From contig CAZOJX010000001.1 of the NCBI GenBank assembly GCA_964580255.1, positions 1-41,893 on the forward strand: DNA of 41,893 nt, read 5' to 3'. This DNA is from an uncultured Lachnoclostridium sp. GTDB lineage: Bacteria > Bacillota > Clostridia > Lachnospirales > Lachnospiraceae. The position numbers were made by a program, and so were the translations under genes. The notes below the pieces were generated by a model. The model saw nothing but the letters and a program-made list of their open reading frames with translations, searched no databases and was not told where the DNA came from. Position 1 is the first letter of the stretch; each line of letters begins with the position of its first letter. Below, piece by piece: positions 10,275 to 18,069 of this stretch.

Positions 10275-10310
10275 AAGGGAAATCCCGGACGAAGGGATTT
10301 CCCTTATTTT
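10275..10310. terminator. Bidirectional intrinsic terminator between convergent nadE and the SleC-like gene
   Basis: 12-bp perfect stem AAGGGAAATCCC (10275-10286) / GGGATTTCCCTT (10294-10305) with a 7-nt loop. Followed by ATTTT on the + strand and preceded by an A-rich tract (T-rich on the - strand). Confidence 0.75.
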
Positions 10311-10330
10311 GTATCTGACTGCTTTACGGA

Positions 10331-11563
10331 TCACCTTAGCTCTGCAATTCGGGTGACTGCCACATAAATTTCTGAAATCCGGTACCAGGTGCGGTAATCT
10401 ACGACGCCGGTCTGGGGAAGATTGAATACGGATTGGAAGATTCGCACAGCATTTGCAGTAGAAGTTCCGTAGATCCCGTCTTCGGAAACCTTCGGGATTG
10501 CCGGATAGGAATCGGAAATGGTATTCAGTTGTTCCTGTATGACCAGCACATTTTCACCATAGGAACCGATTTCCAGGTCATAGCCCGGATAGGACTGGGG
10601 AACTCCGGAAACTTCCTCGGCAGTTGCAATATAGATGCTGTCACCGTAATAGTAGCGAAGGATTTCACTGGCACTGTAGCCTCGCTTTCCAAGATCCTGA
10701 GAGCCCCACTGGGTCATCCAGTTGGGACAGGTTACCCGTTCGCCGTCACAGTACTGGGTAAGGATCGGCTGTTTGATGCCCGGGCGTGCCAGGTAATTTC
10801 CAAACATTTCATCAACCACCTGAGAAATGGTATCATAAATATTTCTTCCGTAGACGAATTTGTGGTCGAAAGCGGTGGAGGAGGTAATGGTAAAATCATA
10901 TCCGCGGTTGCGGTAGAATTCTGTATAAACCCGGTTCAGGGTAAAGGACATGATCGCCAGCACATTGGCACGGATGGCGGCATCGGTCCAGGTGGCATAA
11001 ATCTCACTGGAGGCCACATTTTTAATATAGTCCCGGTAACGTACCCAGTAATTCTGGGCAGTGCTGTCAGTGGGAACACCGTCATGGACAATGATGTATT
11101 CGGGAATTACCACCCGGTTTAAGATGATCTCCCCGGTTTCAGCAGACTGAACGATCTCAGGTTCCGCAATCTTCGGCGGATAGTTTCCAAACAGGGTATG
11201 AGGCGGAATGACGACTCTGGTAAACTGCTGGCTTTCTGCCAGAGGGGTCATGCGGACTTCCAGGATCGCTGTGGTATCCGGAAGAAGCTCCGCAGAAGAA
11301 ACCTCTGCAGGTTCATAGCCGTCGGCAGTGACGTCGATGGTATATTCCGCATAAGGCTGGGGTTCGCTGGGAGAGGTGCTGTAGGAAATATCCGGTGTTT
11401 CCAGTTCGATCTCGTCGGTCAGACCGGATTCATTGGTGGTCAGGGTAAAAAGAACATTGTCCGGAATGCCTGTGACAGAGATCTGCACTGAGGCTCCGGT
11501 CACCGGACGGCTTCCGATGATCGTTACGACATTGATTTGAAGTTTTCCTTGCAAAATACTCAC
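10331..11563 (-). CDS. Peptidoglycan-binding-domain protein, SleC-like putative cortex/cell-wall lytic enzyme
   Basis: 410 aa. N-terminal Ig/carboxypeptidase-regulatory-like beta module (INVVTIIGSRPVTGASVQISVTG...YTIDVTADGYEPAEV). A central conserved domain (IPEYIIVHDG...IKNVASSEIYATW...LNRVYTEFYRNRGYDFTITSST). A C-terminal PG_binding_1-type repeat (GENVLVIQEQLN...DGIYGTSTANAVRIFQSVFNLPQTGVVDYRTW). The start is GTG without a convincing SD, so the 5' end is uncertain. Confidence 0.5.
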   Translation of the reverse strand: MSILQGKLQINVVTIIGSRPVTGASVQISVTGIPDNVLFTLTTNESGLTDEIELETPDISYSTSPSEPQPYAEYTIDVTADGYEPAEVSSAELLPDTTAILEVRMTPLAESQQFTRVVIPPHTLFGNYPPKIAEPEIVQSAETGEIILNRVVIPEYIIVHDGVPTDSTAQNYWVRYRDYIKNVASSEIYATWTDAAIRANVLAIMSFTLNRVYTEFYRNRGYDFTITSSTAFDHKFVYGRNIYDTISQVVDEMFGNYLARPGIKQPILTQYCDGERVTCPNWMTQWGSQDLGKRGYSASEILRYYYGDSIYIATAEEVSGVPQSYPGYDLEIGSYGENVLVIQEQLNTISDSYPAIPKVSEDGIYGTSTANAVRIFQSVFNLPQTGVVDYRTWYRISEIYVAVTRIAELR

Positions 11564-11657
11564 TCTTTTTGACTCTATTACTCATAATATATGCCAATGC
11601 AAAGGAAAATGCCTTTGATGTTCACAGAAAATTAAGAAATGTTAAAAGAAAAATAGT

Positions 11658-11685
11658 TTGATTTTCTGAAATTATTGTATATAAT
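11658..11685 (+). promoter_or_regulatory. Candidate sigma-A promoter for mreB
   Basis: TTGATT (11658-11663), a 16-nt spacer, then TATAAT (11680-11685). It sits in a 184-nt AT-rich divergent intergenic region, about 60 nt upstream of ATG 11748. Confidence 0.5.
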
Positions 11686-11747
11686 AAGTAAGAATTGAGA
11701 GACTATGGCAATAATTAAAATAGAGAGCATCAAGAAAGGAAACGTAT

Positions 11748-12758
11748 ATGTTTGAAAGTATGACCGGATCTCAGGATATTGGGATTGATTTGGGAACTGC
11801 CAGCATTCTTGTATATATCAAGGGCAAGGGTGTTGTTTTAAAAGAGCCGTCTGTTGTAGCATTTGACAGAGATACAAATAAGATCAAAGCGATCGGAGAG
11901 GAAGCCAGACTGATGCTGGGAAGAACTCCGGGAAATATCGTGGCGGTTCGTCCGCTGCGTCAGGGAGTAATCTCTGATTATACAGTAACAGAAAAAATGT
12001 TAAAACATTTCATTCAGAAAGCTGTTGGCAAAAAAGGATTCCGGAAACCTCGTATCGCAGTCTGTGTGCCGAGCGGTGTAACAGAAGTAGAAAAGAAAGC
12101 AGTAGAAGATGCAACCTATCAGGCAGGTGCCAGAGAAGTTGCGATCATTGAAGAACCGATCGCAGCAGCAATCGGTGCAGGGATTGATATTGCAAAACCA
12201 TGCGGAAACATGATCGTTGATATCGGAGGCGGTACAACAGATATCGCAGTCATCTCTTTAGGCGGTACGGTAGTCAGCACTTCCATTAAGATTGCCGGAG
12301 ACGATTTTGACGAAGCAATTGTTCGCTTTATGCGCAAAAAACACAACCTGCTGATCGGGGAGCGAACAGCAGAAGATATTAAGATCAAAGTGGGTACCTG
12401 TTTCCCGAAAGAAGCGGTAGATACATTAGATGTTCGCGGACGTAACCTTGTTACAGGTCTTCCGAAAACTGTGACAGTGACATCAACGGAAACAGAAGAA
12501 GCCTTAAAAGAAACGACTGCACAGATCGTGGAAGCGGTTCACAGCGTTCTTGAAAAAACTCCGCCGGAGCTTGCAGCAGACATCGCAGACCGCGGTATCG
12601 TATTGACAGGAGGCGGAAGTCTGATCCGCGGCCTGGACGAACTGATCGAATCCAAGACAGGCATCAATACGATCGTTGCGGAAGAACCGATGACATGTGT
12701 TGCTGTCGGAACCGGAAAATATGTAGAAATGTTGTCCGGAATCAAAACGATAGAATAA
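11748..12758 (+). CDS. mreB: Rod-shape-determining actin homologue MreB
   Basis: 336 aa. Actin-fold motifs DIGIDLGTASILVY, NMIVDIGGGTTDIAVIS, and GIVLTGGGSLIRGLDEL. Confidence 0.92.
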   Translation: MFESMTGSQDIGIDLGTASILVYIKGKGVVLKEPSVVAFDRDTNKIKAIGEEARLMLGRTPGNIVAVRPLRQGVISDYTVTEKMLKHFIQKAVGKKGFRKPRIAVCVPSGVTEVEKKAVEDATYQAGAREVAIIEEPIAAAIGAGIDIAKPCGNMIVDIGGGTTDIAVISLGGTVVSTSIKIAGDDFDEAIVRFMRKKHNLLIGERTAEDIKIKVGTCFPKEAVDTLDVRGRNLVTGLPKTVTVTSTETEEALKETTAQIVEAVHSVLEKTPPELAADIADRGIVLTGGGSLIRGLDELIESKTGINTIVAEEPMTCVAVGTGKYVEMLSGIKTIE

Positions 12759-12772
12759 AAGTAGATATGTTG

Positions 12773-12799
12773 GGGGCATAACGTAAGTTGTGCCCCTTT
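12773..12799 (+). terminator. Probable intrinsic terminator after mreB
   Basis: 10-bp stem GGGGCATAAC (12773-12782) / GTTGTGCCCC (12787-12796) with one G-U pair and a GTAA tetraloop, followed by TTT. Confidence 0.5.
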
Positions 12800-12821
12800 G
12801 CGATTATTTAGGGGGAATACG

Positions 12822-15020
12822 ATGGAAGGGTATGTAGAACACATTATCTTTCGAAATGCAGAAAACGGCTATACGGTCTTTGAACTGGTCGGAAAAGACG
12901 AGGAGATTACCTGTACCGGTGTTTTCGGATATTTGAATGAAGGGGATTTTATCAGTGCAGAAGGAAAGATGGTAGATCACCCGATGTATGGAACCCAGCT
13001 TCAGGTGACCTCTTATGAGCTTCGTCCGCCGGAAGATGTGGTGGCGATCCAGCGCTATCTTGGCAGCGGTGCGGTAAAAGGAGTAGGGGAGGCACTGGCA
13101 GAACGGATCGTGAAAAAATTCGGTTCCGATACCTTCCGCATTATGGAAGAAGAACCGGAACGGCTTGCGGAGATCAAAGGGATCAGTGAGCGAAAAGCAA
13201 GAGAGATCGCCGTTCAGGTAGAGGAAAAGAAAGAACTTCGTCAGGCAATGATCTTTTTGACCCAGTACGGCATCAGCAACAGCCTTGCGGTAAAGATCTA
13301 CGGAAAATATGGTGCACAGATGTATGGAATCCTCCAGGAAAATCCGTATCGTCTTGCGGAGGATATTTCCGGTGTGGGATTTAAGATCGCAGATGAGATC
13401 GCAGCCCGGATCGGGATACATACGGATTCTGACTACCGGATTCGAAGCGGACTTCTCTATGTGCTTTTACAGGCAGTGGGAGAAGGTCATACTTATCTTC
13501 CGCGCCCGGAACTGGTCCGCAGAGGAGTGGAACTTCTGGGGGTAGAGGAAAGCGGCATCGATATTCAGCTGGGGAATCTGTGCGTTGAAAGAAAAGTGAT
13601 CATTAAGCTGGAGGAAGCAGAAGAACGTGTCTATGCTGCCAGCTATTACTATATGGAATTAAATACGGCCAAAATGCTTCATGATCTGAATGTGCCGTAT
13701 TCATATGATGAAGGAAAAACCCTGCGGAAGCTGCAGAAGATTGAAGAAAACGCAGGAATGGAACTGGATACCCTGCAGCGGGAGGCCGTTCTGGGAGCAG
13801 TCAGAAACGGTGTCTTTGTGCTGACAGGAGGTCCGGGAACCGGAAAGACCACCACCATCAATGCCATGATCCGCTTTTTTGAAAGCGAAGGACTGGATAT
13901 TATGCTGGGGGCGCCCACCGGGCGTGCGGCAAAGCGTATGCAGGAAACGACCGGCTATGAAGCCAGCACCATTCACCGAATGCTGGAACTTATGGGAGGC
14001 CCGGAATCCGGCGAAAAAGGAACTTTTATGAGAAATGAAGAAAATCCGCTGGAAACCGATGTGCTGATCATTGATGAAATGTCCATGGTAGATCTTTCGT
14101 TATTCCATGCCCTGCTGAAAGCGGTGTTGGTAGGAACGAGAGTGATCCTGGTAGGAGACAAGGATCAGCTGCCGAGTGTCGGTGCCGGAGCTGTTTTAAA
14201 AGATCTGCTTCAGTCAGAGCGTTTTCCGACGGTCATGCTGACGAAAATCTTCCGTCAGGCAGGAGAAAGCGACATTGTTGTCAATGCTCATAAGATCAAC
14301 AAAGGAGAACGGGTGGTTTTAGACAACAAGTCCATGGATTTCTTCTTTTTAAAACGCAGTGATCCTAACGTGATCATACGGGTGCTGCTGACGCTGATCC
14401 AGCAGAAGCTTCCGAAGTATGTGGATGCATCACCTTATGACATTCAGGTGCTGACGCCGACCCGAAAAGGACTTTTGGGGGTAGAACGGTTAAACGGGAT
14501 CCTGCAGCAGTATTTAAACCCGCCGGGACCGGAGAAAAAAGAAAAGGAACATGCAGGAACCATCTTCCGGGAGGGAGACAAGGTCATGCAGATCAAAAAT
14601 AACTATCAGCTGGAATGGGAGGTTCGAAACCGCTATGGTCTTCCGTTAGATAAGGGAACCGGGATCTTTAACGGTGACATGGGAATTATTCGGGAAATGA
14701 ACCTTTATGCCGAAACCATGACCATAGAATTTGATGACAGCAGGCAGGTGGACTACTCCTTTAAACAGCTGGATGAATTGGAACTTGCCTATGCCATTAC
14801 CATTCATAAATCGCAGGGAAGTGAGTATCCGGCAGTGGTCATGCCAATCTGGCCGGGACCGAGAATGCTGATGAACAGAAACCTTCTGTATACTGCGGTG
14901 ACCAGAGCAAGACGCTGTGTGACCATGGTAGGCAGTGAGGATACCTTTTACCAGATGGCAGAGAACATCAATGAGCAGACAAGATACAGCGGTCTGAAAG
15001 AAAGAATATGGGAATTTTAG
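12822..15020 (+). CDS. recD2: SF1B ATP-dependent DNA helicase, RecD2 type
   Basis: ATG 12822 lies after AGGGGGA; the ORF-track TTG 12798 is less likely. Walker A FVLTGGPGTGKTTTI, Walker B DVLIIDEMSMVD, ILVGDKDQLPSVGAG, and C-terminal YAITIHKSQGSEYP and LLYTAVTRARR. Confidence 0.88.
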   Translation: MEGYVEHIIFRNAENGYTVFELVGKDEEITCTGVFGYLNEGDFISAEGKMVDHPMYGTQLQVTSYELRPPEDVVAIQRYLGSGAVKGVGEALAERIVKKFGSDTFRIMEEEPERLAEIKGISERKAREIAVQVEEKKELRQAMIFLTQYGISNSLAVKIYGKYGAQMYGILQENPYRLAEDISGVGFKIADEIAARIGIHTDSDYRIRSGLLYVLLQAVGEGHTYLPRPELVRRGVELLGVEESGIDIQLGNLCVERKVIIKLEEAEERVYAASYYYMELNTAKMLHDLNVPYSYDEGKTLRKLQKIEENAGMELDTLQREAVLGAVRNGVFVLTGGPGTGKTTTINAMIRFFESEGLDIMLGAPTGRAAKRMQETTGYEASTIHRMLELMGGPESGEKGTFMRNEENPLETDVLIIDEMSMVDLSLFHALLKAVLVGTRVILVGDKDQLPSVGAGAVLKDLLQSERFPTVMLTKIFRQAGESDIVVNAHKINKGERVVLDNKSMDFFFLKRSDPNVIIRVLLTLIQQKLPKYVDASPYDIQVLTPTRKGLLGVERLNGILQQYLNPPGPEKKEKEHAGTIFREGDKVMQIKNNYQLEWEVRNRYGLPLDKGTGIFNGDMGIIREMNLYAETMTIEFDDSRQVDYSFKQLDELELAYAITIHKSQGSEYPAVVMPIWPGPRMLMNRNLLYTAVTRARRCVTMVGSEDTFYQMAENINEQTRYSGLKERIWEF

Positions 15021-15706
15021 AAATCTTATATCCGGCCAGATGTCCGGTATGTCATAACATTGTCCGGGGAAAAGGACGGGTCTGTCCTTCCTGTAAGAAA
15101 AAATTGTGTTACATTAAGGAACCGAAATGCAAAAAATGTGGAAAAGAGATCGAGCGTCCGGAGCAGGAATACTGTCGTGACTGTCAGCGGTTTGCCCATG
15201 CCTATGACCGGGGTGCGGCAGTGTTTGCCTACGATCCGGTTATGCGGCGATCCATTTCCATGTTTAAGTATCATAACCGGCGGGAATATGCAAAGTTTTA
15301 TGCAGAAGAAATGTATAGTCGCTGCAGCTATTTTTTAAAGACCTGCAGACCGGACGTGATCCTTCCTGTGCCGGTGCATCGTTTGAAAAAACGGCAGAGA
15401 GGATTTAATCAGGCGGAACTGGTGGCGAAAGAACTTGGAAAGCTGATGAAGGTTCCGGTGGTGACCGATTACCTGATCCGTGCAGAAAAAACGACGCCTC
15501 AAAAGGAACTGACCCGCCAGATGCGGAAAGCAAATCTGAAAAAAGCGTTTGCAGTGACCAAAACAGGGGTATCCTATGAACGAGTCCTTCTGATTGATGA
15601 CATTTACACGACCGGTGCAACCATTGATGCAATTTCGGAAATCCTAAGGGAAAATCAAACAAAGAATATATTTTTTTTAACCATATGTGTTGGAAGAAAC
15701 AGCTAA
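15008..15706 (+). CDS. comFC: ComF-family protein (ComFC-like phosphoribosyltransferase-fold)
   Basis: 232 aa, overlapping the recD2 stop by 13 nt. N-terminal Cys pairs CPVC...CPSC and CKKC...CRDC. C-terminal PRTase motif VLLIDDIYTTGATI. Confidence 0.85.
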   Translation: MGILEILYPARCPVCHNIVRGKGRVCPSCKKKLCYIKEPKCKKCGKEIERPEQEYCRDCQRFAHAYDRGAAVFAYDPVMRRSISMFKYHNRREYAKFYAEEMYSRCSYFLKTCRPDVILPVPVHRLKKRQRGFNQAELVAKELGKLMKVPVVTDYLIRAEKTTPQKELTRQMRKANLKKAFAVTKTGVSYERVLLIDDIYTTGATIDAISEILRENQTKNIFFLTICVGRNS

Positions 15707-15718
15707 ATGTGGTAATAT
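15690..15718 (+). promoter_or_regulatory. Candidate extended -10 sigma-A promoter for the operon starting at 15746
   Basis: TTGGAA (15690-15695), a 17-nt spacer, then TGgTAATAT (-10 hexamer 15713-15718 with TG at 15710-15711). It straddles the comFC stop codon, about 28 nt upstream of ATG 15746. Confidence 0.45.
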
Positions 15719-15745
15719 GATAAGATAAAATATCGGGAGTTTATT

Positions 15746-16201
15746 ATGATCAACGAGGAGAAAGTAAAGCACATGACAAGGGCTGCGGCCTATGAAAACG
15801 GACCGGAAAAAAAGAATATTGGAATCAGCAGCTACTTTCGGGGAGATTATCTGGGACTCCAGCTTTTAAAATCCGGGATTGCTTACACCTTTGCCTTCCT
15901 GATTCTGGGAGCGATGTGGGCGATGAGCAGGATTGAAGAACTGATGCTGATGGTCAGCCGTCCGGAGTATCTGGAAGGGCTCTTGAAGAGCGCTGTTCTT
16001 CTTTATCTCGCGGGAATGGCGGTCTATGAGATTGCAGTTTATACATACTATACGCAAAAATATCATCATGCAAAGCAGAGTGTGAAGGGCTTTCATGACC
16101 ATTTGAAAAAGATTCACAGATTTTATGAAATACAGGAAACTGCGGACACGATCCAGAAAATTTCCATGGATCCGGAAGCAGATGAGGAGAAACGATTATG
16201 A
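15746..16201 (+). CDS. Hypothetical small membrane protein (2 predicted TM helices)
   Basis: 151 aa with SD GGGAG 6 nt upstream. Hydrophobic segments GIAYTFAFLILGAMWAM and AVLLYLAGMAVYEIAVYTYY. ATGA overlap with the next ORF. I recognise no family. Confidence 0.55.
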   Translation: MINEEKVKHMTRAAAYENGPEKKNIGISSYFRGDYLGLQLLKSGIAYTFAFLILGAMWAMSRIEELMLMVSRPEYLEGLLKSAVLLYLAGMAVYEIAVYTYYTQKYHHAKQSVKGFHDHLKKIHRFYEIQETADTIQKISMDPEADEEKRL

Positions 16202-17163
16202 TGGCAACATTACTGGAGATCAGAGGATTTGTAAAGCGGTTTTACGCAAGAAAAGATGTGTATGTAAAACCGGTGATCAAATTTATACTGGCATTGACCT
16301 GCTTTTTGACTTTAAATGGAAAGGTAGGGTTTATGCATCAGCTGAGAAATCCGCTGATTGCAGTCGTACTGGCTTTGATCTGTGCGTTTCTGCCCTTAAA
16401 TGCCATGGTTGTAATGGCAGGGGTCATGCTGATCGCGCATGCATATGCGCTTTCCATGGAGGCTTGTGCAGTGACTGCAGGGTTGATCGCAGTTATGTAT
16501 CTTTTGTATTTTCGGATCAGTTCCCGTATGGGGATCCTGCTGCTCATTACCCCTCTTTGCTATTTTTTAAAGATTCCGTATGTGGTTCCGCTTCTGGGAG
16601 GACTTTTGTACGGTCCGGCTGCAGCGGTTCCGGCAGGCTGCGGAATAGTGATTTCTTATCTGATCGATTATATGAGTCAAAATACGACCAGTCTCGGAAC
16701 CGGAGAAATCGAAGGCAGTGCCACAAAGGTTGCCTCACTGATTGACAGCCTGGTAAATAACCGCAGCATGTTCCTCTGTGTTATGGCTATGGTGCTGACG
16801 GTGCTGGTAGTATATTTTATCAGGAGACTTTCGGTGGATCATTCCTGGGAGATTGCGATCGGGATCGGTATGGCAGTTAATATTGTGGTACATTTGATCG
16901 GTGCCCTTCTTCCGGGAGTAAGTGTAGCAATTCCGGCTCTGATGATCGGAAATGTTGTATCTGCGGCACTGGCATTTGCTGTGAAGTTCTTCGTATTCAG
17001 TGTAGATTATACAAGAACAGAACGGGTACAGTTTGAGGACGATGAGTACTATTATTATGTGAAGGCGATTCCGAAAAATGTGATCGCAGAACCGAAGAAA
17101 ACGGTCAAAAAGATCGTAAGTCAGAAAAAGCAGACAAAAACGGTCAAAAGGATCGATTCTTAA
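16198..17163 (+). CDS. Hypothetical polytopic membrane protein (about 8-9 TM helices, Lys-rich C-terminal tail)
   Basis: 321 aa, translationally coupled (ATGA) to the upstream ORF and 27 nt upstream of cdaA. Hydrophobic throughout, with C-terminal tail DDEYYYYVKAIPKNVIAEPKKTVKKIVSQKKQTKTVKRIDS. I recognise no family. Confidence 0.55.
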   Translation: MMATLLEIRGFVKRFYARKDVYVKPVIKFILALTCFLTLNGKVGFMHQLRNPLIAVVLALICAFLPLNAMVVMAGVMLIAHAYALSMEACAVTAGLIAVMYLLYFRISSRMGILLLITPLCYFLKIPYVVPLLGGLLYGPAAAVPAGCGIVISYLIDYMSQNTTSLGTGEIEGSATKVASLIDSLVNNRSMFLCVMAMVLTVLVVYFIRRLSVDHSWEIAIGIGMAVNIVVHLIGALLPGVSVAIPALMIGNVVSAALAFAVKFFVFSVDYTRTERVQFEDDEYYYYVKAIPKNVIAEPKKTVKKIVSQKKQTKTVKRIDS

Positions 17164-17190
17164 AGAAAAGATGGAAGAAAGGAAGAAAAG

Positions 17191-18069
17191 ATGAATCGGG
17201 TTACGGAGTTATTTGAAAAACTAACTTCCATCAATTTGGAAAACATTGATTGGACAGATGGAGTAGAGATCATTATTCTGGCTGTTCTGATTTATTATGT
17301 ACTGCTTTGGATCAAGCAGACACGTGCCTGGGCACTGGTAAAGGGATTTGCGGTCATTTTGGTCTTTCTTCTGTTTGCTGTAGTTTGGGAGATGGATACG
17401 ATCCTCTGGCTTGCCGGAAACGTGTTTGATATCGGAATCCTTGCGCTGGTCATCGTGTTTCAGCCGGAACTTCGAAAAGCATTGGAGCAGTTGGGACAGA
17501 AAAATATTCTGACAGATATCTTTACGCTGGATGTAGGCAAGGAAAAAGAGGATCAGTTCAATGACAAGACCATCGAGGCCATTGTAAAGGCCTGTATGGA
17601 AATGTCTAAGGTAAAGACCGGAGCACTGATCGTAATCGAAAACAATGTTCCGCTGGGAGAATATGAGCGTACCGGTATCACATTGGACGCACAGATCTCC
17701 AGCCAGCTTTTGTTAAATATTTTTGAACACAATACACCGCTTCATGATGGAGCAGTGATCGTGCGGGGAAATCGTGCGGTGTCTGCAACCTGTTATCTGC
17801 CGCTGTCAGATAATATGACCTTATCCAAGGAGCTTGGAACCAGACATCGTGCAGCAGTGGGGATCAGTGAGGTCAGCGATGCCATGACTGTGATCGTTTC
17901 CGAGGAAACAGGAGCCATTTCCATTGCACAATACAGCGAGATCAAACGGAATGTAACACCGGAGATCTTACGGGAGCAGTTAAGCGGTCTGCAGAACAGA
18001 ACAACAGAAGGAAAGCGTTTCAGACTGTGGAAAGGAAGGGAAAAAGATGAAGCTAAAATTGACGGATAA
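17191..18069 (+). CDS. cdaA: Membrane-anchored diadenylate cyclase
   Basis: 292 aa with three N-terminal TM segments. DAC-domain motifs TPLHDGAVIVRGNR and LGTRHRAAVGISE. Confidence 0.92.
   Translation: MNRVTELFEKLTSINLENIDWTDGVEIIILAVLIYYVLLWIKQTRAWALVKGFAVILVFLLFAVVWEMDTILWLAGNVFDIGILALVIVFQPELRKALEQLGQKNILTDIFTLDVGKEKEDQFNDKTIEAIVKACMEMSKVKTGALIVIENNVPLGEYERTGITLDAQISSQLLLNIFEHNTPLHDGAVIVRGNRAVSATCYLPLSDNMTLSKELGTRHRAAVGISEVSDAMTVIVSEETGAISIAQYSEIKRNVTPEILREQLSGLQNRTTEGKRFRLWKGREKDEAKIDG

Noticed and set aside
10433-11122. 229-aa + strand ORF inside the SleC-like gene.
   Set aside because: It is antisense to a CDS with recognisable domains. Its Gly/Ile-rich sequence has no motifs, and it has no ribosome-binding site.
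11585-11593. CATAtatTA on the minus strand, resembling a sigma-K -10 box upstream of the SleC-like gene.
   Set aside because: There is no matching AC-type -35 element at the right spacing, and such AT-rich matches are frequent by chance. It is mentioned only as a hint in the SleC-like finding.
11705-11755. 16-codon upstream ORF (MAIIKIESIKKGNVYV) overlapping the mreB start codon; possible leader peptide.
   Set aside because: It has only a weak SD-like GAGAG and no associated attenuator structure. A short ORF in AT-rich sequence is expected by chance.
12804-13421. 205-aa minus-strand ORF overlapping the recD2 5' region.
   Set aside because: recD2 on the + strand has helicase motifs and a good SD. 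The antisense ORF has no features and would collide with the mreB terminator region.
16125-16745. 206-aa + strand alternative-frame ORF spanning the junction of the two unknown membrane genes.
   Set aside because: It is Cys/Arg-rich with no hydrophobic periodicity and has no SD. The two annotated frames give clean TM proteins coupled by ATGA.
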